This document shows, in pieces, positions 38,955 to 47,620 of a DNA stretch of 64,000 bases; the first letter of the stretch is position 1; the number at the start of each line of letters is the position of its first letter. Location of the stretch: positions 32,001 through 96,000 of the forward strand of contig RDNZ01000001.1 of the NCBI GenBank assembly GCA_011364905.1. The letters are read 5' to 3'. The translations under genes and the position numbers were made by a program. The notes below the pieces were generated by a model. The model worked only from the letters and a program-made list of their open reading frames with translations. It ran no database searches and was not told the origin of the DNA. This stretch comes from Candidatus Thorarchaeota archaeon (GTDB lineage: Archaea > Asgardarchaeota > Thorarchaeia > Thorarchaeales > Thorarchaeaceae).

Positions 38955-40391
38955 ATGACACTCCCGAAAAAGCCCTCAATAGCAGAGATACTGAATATCA
39001 AGTCTATAGCTGCAATCGGTGTGTCTGCGAATTTTGGATATTACTGGGTGCACTCATTGGCTGAGTGGAAGCATAATCTCAAAGTATGGTTCGTTTCAAG
39101 AAGCGGAGGAGAGGTCTTAGGACATAAGATTCTCACAAGTATTGACGACATTCCTGGGAAAATCGATTATGCGATAATTCGAGTCCCTTACAAGATAGTT
39201 CCCAAAACACTGAGAGAATGTTACGAGAAGGGAGCCAAAGGGGTCACCATTTTTACAAGTGGTTTTTCAGAACTCGGTACTGAAGAAGGTCGCCAGCGAG
39301 AAATAGAAATTCGAAAAATACTAGATGATACCGGTATGAGGGCTCTTGGACCTAATTGCATGGGACTTATGTATCCAAAACTTGGTATTTCTTTTCTCCC
39401 CACCGTCAAACAACTCTCAGGAAATGTTGGATTTCTCTCTCAATCTGGAGGGATTGCAATCACTACATATACTGCTGGTGTGGAGTCAGGCGTAGGTTTC
39501 AGCAAAGTCTTCAGTTTTGGAAACCAGGTCGATATTACGCCTCAAGAGATACTAAACTATCTTGCAGATGATGTTGAAACCTCAGTTATCGGAGCCTATA
39601 TCGAGGGAGCGAAGAATGGAAGGCAGATTTTGGAATCCTTGAAATACGCTGCCACCAAAAAGCCCGTTGTTGCTCTGAAAGGTGGTCGCTCATCTGAGGG
39701 GTCTCGTGCCGCTGCCACCCATACTGGCGCGCTAGCTGGAAATAGAGATGTCTGGAGTGCTGTCTTTCGCCAGGCGAATGTTCTATCTGTTGAAACAATT
39801 GAAGACATGGTCGCAACTCTGAGCATTTTCTCACTGAGTCCGATGCCAAGATCAAAGAACGTTGGTCTGATTGCAATCAGCGGTGGAACAAGCGTAGTGT
39901 ATACTGATATTTGCATCGAGAAGGGTCTCAACGTCCCTAGAACCTCAGAAGAAACCAGAGAAAAGCTTGATCCATTAATATTCGATGTGGGAACGGGATT
40001 AGGGAATCCTATTGACCTTGCAGCTGATTATTATCAAGACCAGACTGTAGAGGAAGTGATCCGTATAGCTGGAGAGGAACCGAGTTTCGACTCTCTCATT
40101 ATAGACGCAGATGTCCATAACATGTATCAGGTCGCCAATATTATGGATGCCCATGATGTGCTCGCGGACTACTGGAAGGTAATGGCGCGAGCAGGAAGAA
40201 AAGTGGTGGAGAACAAAAAGAAACCTGTTCTTGTGACAATTCCTGATGTCGCTTATCCCGAGCAGAGAAAGGTGGCATGGGATGCTTTTGTAGACCAACA
40301 CCTTCCCGTCTTCCGAAACATCAATGAAACAGTTGGCGCTCTAGATAGGGTGTACGACTACTATGAAACCAGGTATAGAAGGAAGGTTTGA
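38955..40391 (+). CDS. acdA: Acyl-CoA synthetase (NDP-forming), alpha-subunit family
   Basis: SIAAIGVS, TSGFSE, LGPNCMG, SQSGG, SFGNQVD, phospho-His motif THTGALAG, NPIDL. Confidence 0.85.
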   Translation: MTLPKKPSIAEILNIKSIAAIGVSANFGYYWVHSLAEWKHNLKVWFVSRSGGEVLGHKILTSIDDIPGKIDYAIIRVPYKIVPKTLRECYEKGAKGVTIFTSGFSELGTEEGRQREIEIRKILDDTGMRALGPNCMGLMYPKLGISFLPTVKQLSGNVGFLSQSGGIAITTYTAGVESGVGFSKVFSFGNQVDITPQEILNYLADDVETSVIGAYIEGAKNGRQILESLKYAATKKPVVALKGGRSSEGSRAAATHTGALAGNRDVWSAVFRQANVLSVETIEDMVATLSIFSLSPMPRSKNVGLIAISGGTSVVYTDICIEKGLNVPRTSEETREKLDPLIFDVGTGLGNPIDLAADYYQDQTVEEVIRIAGEEPSFDSLIIDADVHNMYQVANIMDAHDVLADYWKVMARAGRKVVENKKKPVLVTIPDVAYPEQRKVAWDAFVDQHLPVFRNINETVGALDRVYDYYETRYRRKV

Positions 40392-40392
40392 A

Positions 40393-41001
40393 CTAGACCT
40401 TCACGACCCAATTCACTAGTTCAGAAGAAAGAGGATTTTCCTCCACAAATAGTTCGCGATATGAAGAATTACTTAACATAATCCATACATTTTGCAATTC
40501 AAAATCAAAACCAATGATTTTGAATGCTGTTTCGAATGCAGAAGGACGAAACGATATGTAGGCCAAAAACAATGAGCCCAAAAAAATCGCCGCATATGAG
40601 TAGATCCAAGGACTGATTGGCCTTCCAGCCCAGACATCCGCGCCAGCATAGATTAACGCGAATATGGATATGCAAACCATGAGAGATGCAACGAGAATGG
40701 ATAGAGTCCGTGCCCTCATTTCAGCGTTATCTGAAATTGTATGGTCTGCACAAACATCAACTAGAAAACTCTTGGTTTCTGCGTTTGCCAGCTGCTGTTC
40801 TTTTGTTGCAAGAAACTTTGCATCGGAGGCTGGATGTAGCCAAATCTTCTTCCTTGGATGCGTCGATATACGTGTGCATGTAGTAGCGGGAGCGCCACAG
40901 ACAGGACAGGTTTTGGGGAATCGTATTCTACTGATTTTCGCTCTCACAATTGGTTCATCAAAATAAACCCTATGTCTTATTGTGCTCAAAAGCTGCATCA
41001 C
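40393..41001 (-). CDS. Zinc-binding two-TM membrane protein
   Basis: FPKTCPVCG...VCADH, followed by two TM helices. Confidence 0.65.
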   Translation of the reverse strand: MMQLLSTIRHRVYFDEPIVRAKISRIRFPKTCPVCGAPATTCTRISTHPRKKIWLHPASDAKFLATKEQQLANAETKSFLVDVCADHTISDNAEMRARTLSILVASLMVCISIFALIYAGADVWAGRPISPWIYSYAAIFLGSLFLAYISFRPSAFETAFKIIGFDFELQNVWIMLSNSSYRELFVEENPLSSELVNWVVKV

Positions 41002-41059
41002 CAGACCAGAGAACTAGATGTAGTAGAGTAATTGAGTGTATCGAAGCAGGTAAGTCCTT

Positions 41060-42205
41060 TCATAAGTAGGCTTTCTCAACTTGGTTGTAGAGATAGTGCT
41101 TCATGCTATTTGATGCCACTACAGGTAGGTGTTCGTGTACGCTATCCAACGAGGCTACTTCCTGCGTTTTTAGTGAAAATCCCAACTTTTCGAAACTACC
41201 CTTGACCTGCTCTATAGCGTTTCCGAAATGTCTTATGCCTATCCCTAATGCTTCTAGGATTTTGTAGCCATAGTGCGTGAGCCAGAGAGAGTTCATTAGC
41301 GACGTGCTACCCTTTGTAGGGACAATTGCATTTTCGATCTCTCTTTTCCGCGCTTCTGCAATTCGTGCAATTAGCCTTGATGCCCTAGTGTTCCTCATCA
41401 ACTCTGTATCGAGGAAAAGAGTTGGTCCTCCATGCTCAATCTGTGCATCAAGTAGATCTATCGCTTTGTCAAAAATGGCTCGCTTTGCGGTTCTGTAGTC
41501 CATTGACTCCGTTGTGCTTTCAAGGAGGTTTTTTGGATTGCCATCAAATCCAGCCAATTCTTCCATACCAAAACCCAACATGAGACCTCTTTGAATGGCA
41601 TACCAATCATTGTTCGATACCTGACTCAAGACGGAGAGAATCCTCTGACGGAGGGGTGCCCAATCCATTTTATTTGCGAGGGCATCACAGGATTTCCACA
41701 TCAGAACTGGTTGCGCAGTCCATGGAGCTCCATCAGGCCTGACAAGTAAGAGACGCTCTGCCAGTTGGCTTGTTGTGAAGAGGAATCTCAAGATGCTGTC
41801 AGAGTAGATCACAACAGATGAGTCGAGCAATATGTGCGAACGAACAAGTATCGGAGTTATATCCAACTCCTTGAGCCTGTTCTGCGTGAGGTTAAGTCTC
41901 TTCAATGCATCACAATCTCCCAGTGGCCAGAGATTCAGTGACTCTAAATGGTTGTTCTCGACACGCAAATCTATCAGTGTCTTTTGATTCCGTAGTGGCG
42001 TTAAATCAAGTTCCTCAAGCATGTTATTAGATAGGTTGAGGGTCATTAGTTGGCTGCATTCTCTAAGATTCGAGAGATCAACTTTTATGGCCGCTCTCGT
42101 CGTCAAATCTACAATCTTGTCATCTTGCCTATACTTGGTTTCTTCTTGACGTCCGTGTGGACTCCAGTACTTTATTGCGACCTCTTCCATGCAGAACTCA
42201 ACCAT
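41060..42205 (-). CDS. Leucine-rich repeat protein
   Basis: LxxLxLxxNxLxxLDLTPL repeats (about 3-4) plus helical C-terminal domain; no signal peptide. Confidence 0.85.
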   Translation of the reverse strand: MVEFCMEEVAIKYWSPHGRQEETKYRQDDKIVDLTTRAAIKVDLSNLRECSQLMTLNLSNNMLEELDLTPLRNQKTLIDLRVENNHLESLNLWPLGDCDALKRLNLTQNRLKELDITPILVRSHILLDSSVVIYSDSILRFLFTTSQLAERLLLVRPDGAPWTAQPVLMWKSCDALANKMDWAPLRQRILSVLSQVSNNDWYAIQRGLMLGFGMEELAGFDGNPKNLLESTTESMDYRTAKRAIFDKAIDLLDAQIEHGGPTLFLDTELMRNTRASRLIARIAEARKREIENAIVPTKGSTSLMNSLWLTHYGYKILEALGIGIRHFGNAIEQVKGSFEKLGFSLKTQEVASLDSVHEHLPVVASNSMKHYLYNQVEKAYL

Positions 42206-42251
42206 TGATTGATTTTAGCGTCTACAGATAAAACTGAGTCCCTAGATGAAC

Positions 42252-45200
42252 TTACTCTTCTGGTGGTAAGGGCGAAGGTAGCTTTGTTTCAGCAGCTATC
42301 AGAAAGTCTCCGTCAACTGCTTCAAGCACCATTTGATGCGCTCTTCTTTCAGTGTATCCAAGAACGCTCGTTGCCTTGATAATTGCGTCAACGGAAACTC
42401 CATGGTGAATGTCCATACTATCGAGCGCAGAAGATACTGGACTAAGATCTTTGGGGAGGTTCCTCTTTACTCCAACGTATCTCTTCATCAACCGCCCATC
42501 GAAGTAACTTACGAAGATTGAATCAAAAGTGTCAGAGAGTGTTGGAGATCGGACCATCTGACGGATTGCATCATCCTGGTGGTCATAAAGTCCGCCGACC
42601 TCTCTACTGAATGTTTCAAGTTGTACCTTTTGTCTACTAGAGGCAGGTTCTACAGTGATAATGGCGCAAATGAGTGACTCAGTTTGCACTGCTGTGACCA
42701 CTTCTGTGATAGGAATTGCTGTCCACATGGGCTCATCAATTGAGAATTCTGATCGGAATTGAGAAATTGCTGTTATTAGTGAGCTAAGTATGGATTCTTG
42801 AAATGCTCCCTTGAGGATATTTGAGTACACAGGCAGTCCAATTGCACGATGAATGACAAGCAGACCAATTAGATTCTTTGCATCATCAATGCGTCCCTCA
42901 AGAGCCAGAAGTTCGAGGTTACGTCTTGTCATGGTAGTCATATAGAAACGACGGCTGAATGCTATTGCGACTACGGAAATCACGACAATAAACGCCCCAA
43001 TGAAACCTGCTCTTAGTGTAACCACGTAAAGCGACTCCGTCCCCGGGATTCGAATGGTGACATTTACACTATTGCTTTCAAAATAAGGCATGGCAACTTC
43101 AATAACGACCAAATATTCTCCAGAGCCAAAGCCCGTAGAGTTGAAGTCCGCCTCCCACCAGTTTCTAGCATAGTTAGGACTAAACTGAACAATTCCCGAA
43201 GTCCAATTACCAGTTACTTGTGCGTCGCTAAGGATTGAATTGCCGTTATCTTGGTCATAGAGAGAGATGGCAAGCGTGAATTCATCACCAGATTTGATCT
43301 CGCGGATTGGCGTCTGAGCTATAACGGTGAATTTGTGCAACAAACTAAATTCCGCTTTACCATATCCCACTTCAGTGCCATTGTGCCAGAAGGCACCGAC
43401 AATCCATTCTCCAACAGTTGAATTCACAGGGCCAAAAACATCTCCCTGTGTGACTACCGTTGAGTCATTGAAATTATGCAGAACCTCGCTCGCCCATAGG
43501 TCACTAGTGGGGAGATACCAACTCACCTCAACATTCGTGGCATTTCCAAGTGAATCGTTAGTTGCACCAAGACTAGCAAGACACCTAATTCTGTCTTCAT
43601 TGTGAAAGATGGATTCGTCAGCCCATGTGAGGTCCGACTTGTTTTGAACTTGAGTTGTTAGTTTGTTTACGTAATTTGGTCCGTGCAGAATTATTGTCCA
43701 CCAACCTGCGGAATTCGCTAAACCGGAGGCGATGGTTAGTTTCGAATCCTCTACAGACACACTAGGTGTGACATCCTGGCCGAGAGGATTCAAGACCTGC
43801 GGATCATTCCAGTCAGATGGGATATGCGCGATTATTCCTTTGTCAGCTGCTTCAGGATATGATTGGATATACGTGTATAGAGAAAACTCTGCGTGCTCAC
43901 CCATTTCAATGACATATGACACTCCATCATCTTCCAGGTTCATGGAACTCATTGAGTAACTGAAACGGGTCATAATACTGACTTTTGATGAAAATTCAAA
44001 GGAAACTGTCGTGTTCGATGAAAAGGTGAATGGGATAGATGCTTTCTCCCAGAAGGAATAATTCAACAGAATCTCCCCTTGACTAACTGTTCCATATACA
44101 GGTAGTGTGCCTAAAGGTGAACAGCTTACTGTCAGGTCTACTTGTTGCGGACTCGGAGCATTCAGAGCCGTTAGGGAGATATCATCAACAAGAAATGTAA
44201 GGAATTGACCATTAGCTGAATCGCCATCCAAATCAGCGTCGTTTTCATCAATCTGAATGTACGATGAAGGTGTGTCCACTTTCAAGACAACGCGAATTTC
44301 AAATTGCGGCGGAGCTTCAGGAATTTCCACTTCTAGCGGGCCAGTGGAAAACCAAACTCCTCTCTGTGTCATATTCGTGGGATCTATTGTCCAGTTCCAT
44401 AGCATTGATGTTCCATTGAGAATCTCAAAGCCAAATTCAAAAATGTCAGAGTAGTTCAAACCAATTGGTCCTCGCTGATATAGATAGTCCATTGAGAACT
44501 CGAATTCTTCTTCCCCCTGACTATTGTTGACCATCTGGTACCAATAAATCCGAGTTCCGTCGTAGTGTCGATATCCAACGCCCACTACTTCATAACCCTC
44601 GTTCTCAATGGATAGGTATTTGCTACCAGTGTCGACATAGGAGGTTCGCTGTCTTCCAGGTGTGTAGAGAATTTCTCGCTGGGCCAACCATCCATCAGCG
44701 TAAAATGCTCCATTCCCGGTCCAATCAATATTCGCACCAGGATTTCCAGTTTCAAAGGTCCCGTTCAACGCGTAGAGACAATTGAGGTCTCTAATGTCAA
44801 CCTCGACCTGTTCTGCACTCCAGGAGTCGTCCCCTGCACAAACGTCATAGCTGAAGGACACTGCTCCAACTGGAACAAGATCTGCACCTCCTGACGAATC
44901 GGACAGAGATCCTTCAAACTTGTAATAGTGAGAAAGACCTGGTTCATTCCCAGCTAGAGTTTCCAAGTAATCACTCCTAATATCCTCTAAGGGCCTTTCA
45001 ACTGTATAGTATCTAAAATCATCCACATGGCCATCGACCATTGTATCAGGTCGAGCAGCAGAATTCATCAGGTCATTTTCAGACAGAAAACCTACGACTG
45101 ATCCGACCCATGAAGTTGTAAAGGCATCCTCCAAAGGTTGAGTGTCTTCATCACCCCAATAGATTGCAATCTGGTTTGATGTGTCATCCCAGGTGATGGC

Positions 45201-45752
45201 TAAGAAATACCATCGACCAAGTACCCAGTCATTCTTATTCCCCACGATGGTTGTGTCCCCGCCCCAGTCTAATGTAAGGCGATTGTCAACAGACCAACGA
45301 GTTTCAAAGTCATAATCCTGCCCCCAGAACCGTCCAGTGGCTAGGGAACCATCCCATTTTATCCAAAGAGAAATAGTTCCTTGCGGTGATCCGAAGTCGG
45401 TTTGGCCACTAACACCGACTAAGAAGTAACCTCCTGAACAATCGGCAGAGTACCTGTTACCTTGTGAGCCTACAGGAGAGAATGCTTCAGAGCTTGGTTG
45501 AGGTGCCGTGTCAGTACGAGCGATAGTGTATGGTTGAATCCCAGCAGCTGAACCGAAATGTTCGATAGGAACAGGGTTGAGTATACCAGTTCTTGGTTCC
45601 GGGCTTTCAGAAAGGCCATGATATATTCCCTTGGAAAGTCGTATAGGATCTGAGAAGTTGGTTCTTGAAGTCGTTGTGCTTGGAGCTGCTAACGGTGCCC
45701 ACCCTAACATGCTACAGAGAAATAGTATCATGACTAGATGGGTCCTTTTCAA
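42252..45752 (-). CDS. Single-pass receptor-like protein: head domain with LamG insert, Ig-like domain, TM, cytoplasmic longin/roadblock-like domain
   Basis: LamG (GTISLWIK, WYFLAITWD, GHVDDFRYY); one TM; tail LIGLLVIHRAIGLPVYS..ILSSLITAISQF. TTG start at 45752 after GGAGG. Confidence 0.75.
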   Translation of the reverse strand: MKRTHLVMILFLCSMLGWAPLAAPSTTTSRTNFSDPIRLSKGIYHGLSESPEPRTGILNPVPIEHFGSAAGIQPYTIARTDTAPQPSSEAFSPVGSQGNRYSADCSGGYFLVGVSGQTDFGSPQGTISLWIKWDGSLATGRFWGQDYDFETRWSVDNRLTLDWGGDTTIVGNKNDWVLGRWYFLAITWDDTSNQIAIYWGDEDTQPLEDAFTTSWVGSVVGFLSENDLMNSAARPDTMVDGHVDDFRYYTVERPLEDIRSDYLETLAGNEPGLSHYYKFEGSLSDSSGGADLVPVGAVSFSYDVCAGDDSWSAEQVEVDIRDLNCLYALNGTFETGNPGANIDWTGNGAFYADGWLAQREILYTPGRQRTSYVDTGSKYLSIENEGYEVVGVGYRHYDGTRIYWYQMVNNSQGEEEFEFSMDYLYQRGPIGLNYSDIFEFGFEILNGTSMLWNWTIDPTNMTQRGVWFSTGPLEVEIPEAPPQFEIRVVLKVDTPSSYIQIDENDADLDGDSANGQFLTFLVDDISLTALNAPSPQQVDLTVSCSPLGTLPVYGTVSQGEILLNYSFWEKASIPFTFSSNTTVSFEFSSKVSIMTRFSYSMSSMNLEDDGVSYVIEMGEHAEFSLYTYIQSYPEAADKGIIAHIPSDWNDPQVLNPLGQDVTPSVSVEDSKLTIASGLANSAGWWTIILHGPNYVNKLTTQVQNKSDLTWADESIFHNEDRIRCLASLGATNDSLGNATNVEVSWYLPTSDLWASEVLHNFNDSTVVTQGDVFGPVNSTVGEWIVGAFWHNGTEVGYGKAEFSLLHKFTVIAQTPIREIKSGDEFTLAISLYDQDNGNSILSDAQVTGNWTSGIVQFSPNYARNWWEADFNSTGFGSGEYLVVIEVAMPYFESNSVNVTIRIPGTESLYVVTLRAGFIGAFIVVISVVAIAFSRRFYMTTMTRRNLELLALEGRIDDAKNLIGLLVIHRAIGLPVYSNILKGAFQESILSSLITAISQFRSEFSIDEPMWTAIPITEVVTAVQTESLICAIITVEPASSRQKVQLETFSREVGGLYDHQDDAIRQMVRSPTLSDTFDSIFVSYFDGRLMKRYVGVKRNLPKDLSPVSSALDSMDIHHGVSVDAIIKATSVLGYTERRAHQMVLEAVDGDFLIAAETKLPSPLPPEE

Positions 45753-45919
45753 CCACTGGCCTCCGATGAGAAGCTGGTAACTAGGCCGGAGTTTATGCCA
45801 CAAAACGCAACTTCCCAACTTTGCTGTCTTCTCATACGTAGTATTATCTATTTCAGGAAATGGTGTTCGAACTGGAACGCCAACAGGTGCATGAATTTAC
45901 CAGTCATAGGGTGATGTTT

Positions 45920-47386
45920 CTATAACAATCCAACTCTCTCATTGAAACTGTTGATCAGTTCATCAATTTTTGGAGTTGTCTGCTGAATCTGCTTCCAGTA
46001 CTGTGGATAATCATACCACTGACTGTTTAGCTCATCAAGATCGAAACCCTGTTGTTCAATCCATGTGTAGTACTTCAAATGATGAATCCGCTTTTTGTCG
46101 TAATGATTCAGCTCTATCATTGCATCAGTCTTTTGCGCAAGGAGATGTCTATTGTAATCTTTGACGCCGTCTAATATTGAATAGGAACCATGTTTGACTT
46201 TAGCCTCTCTCAAGCGAGATTGATACATATCCATAGAATCTGTAAAGACAGTAAGAACAACATCATTCTTTGTGAGTTCATAGTACTTAGCAAACTTGAT
46301 ACTCATCAGAAGGTTTGCTATGCTTGAGATACCCAAGAGGTCGAGCTTGGAGACAATACTCTCAGGGGCACCTATGTCATTAATGAGATATTTGCGACCT
46401 TCAGGTTCGTTAAAGAGCCTAATGAGATTCATTGGGTCCGCATCATCAATTGCAATAATCATATCGGTGTTATGAACGTTCATTATCCATGGTACATGCT
46501 TATCGCCGATACCCTCAATCCTATGTGCACCATATCCGTTCAACCAGAGTGTTGGACACTGCACAGCCTCTCCAGCTGCAATTTTAGAGGTCGGATAAGT
46601 CTGTTTCATGAAGTCTCCAGACCCAATGGTTCCAGCAGATCCTGTAGTCAGACAAACGCCTCTGTATGTATCGTTGCCTAACTCTTCCTCGAGGACATCT
46701 TTCATCGCATTACCAGTTATTTCATAGTGCCAGAGATAGTTCCCGAATTCGCTGAACTGATTGAAGACGAAGACATTGTCCCTTGTGGCCTTGAGTTCTG
46801 CCACTTTGTCGTAAATTTCTTTGACATTACTCTCGCTGCCGGGAGTCTTGATGATCTCCCCGGCAACAGTCTTTAACCAGTCAAACCGCTCTTGACTCAT
46901 TTCTTCAGGGAGGATTGCAACGCTTTCACAAGCGAGGAGTGTCGCATCGTACGCACCACCTCGGCAGTAGTTGCCAGTAGATGGCCAAACTGCTTTGTGA
47001 ATGGTGGGATCAAATTGACCAGTCACTAGGGGAGGAACAAGACAGCCAAATGCAGCTCCGACTTTGTGAGCTCCTGTCGGGAACCACTTACCTACAAGAG
47101 CGATAATCCTTGCTTCCACACCAGTAATCTCAGGTGGGATCTCCATGTAGTTTGGGAGGGGTTGAAAGAGACCTCCCTTTTCGCGAGGTTGGTTCTTCCA
47201 AGTGATTCTGAACAGGTTTTGCGGAACGACATCCCAGAGCCTGATGCTAACAAGCTCTTTCTTGATCTGATCAGGAATCTTTCGTGGGTCCTTCATCTGT
47301 TCGAAGGTGGGAATCACAATGTTTCGTTCTTTACAACGTTGAACAGTTCGCTTGAGTTGCTCTTCATTCTTTTTTAGGTCAATCAT
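45920..47386 (-). CDS. PLP-dependent enzyme, fold type II (cysteine/threonine synthase-like)
   Basis: FPTGAHKVG (PLP Lys), PSTGNY, NQF, TGSAGT, IEGIG. Confidence 0.85.
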   Translation of the reverse strand: MIDLKKNEEQLKRTVQRCKERNIVIPTFEQMKDPRKIPDQIKKELVSIRLWDVVPQNLFRITWKNQPREKGGLFQPLPNYMEIPPEITGVEARIIALVGKWFPTGAHKVGAAFGCLVPPLVTGQFDPTIHKAVWPSTGNYCRGGAYDATLLACESVAILPEEMSQERFDWLKTVAGEIIKTPGSESNVKEIYDKVAELKATRDNVFVFNQFSEFGNYLWHYEITGNAMKDVLEEELGNDTYRGVCLTTGSAGTIGSGDFMKQTYPTSKIAAGEAVQCPTLWLNGYGAHRIEGIGDKHVPWIMNVHNTDMIIAIDDADPMNLIRLFNEPEGRKYLINDIGAPESIVSKLDLLGISSIANLLMSIKFAKYYELTKNDVVLTVFTDSMDMYQSRLREAKVKHGSYSILDGVKDYNRHLLAQKTDAMIELNHYDKKRIHHLKYYTWIEQQGFDLDELNSQWYDYPQYWKQIQQTTPKIDELINSFNERVGLL

Positions 47387-47620
47387 GCTGCAGTCCTCAC
47401 GTGAAGTCACACAGGACCAAACCCACTCAGGCAAAAGGGTTTCGGCGCGGCTCAAGACGCCTCTATAGAATGCTTAATAATGAAACATGCCCCCAAGCGA
47501 GTCAATTAAGAGGAATACGCTTCTCTAATTGACGATTAGCATTCATGGTGCATTGAATCTAACCCTGCAATTAGGTTAGTAGCCTACCTTGAATCATTTA
47601 GTGCAGGTGGGTATAACAAG

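Noticed and set aside
47530-47612. Possible structured leader of ppdK (attca/tgaat, cctgca/tgcagg)
   Set aside because: Short stems consistent with chance; no known riboswitch motif.
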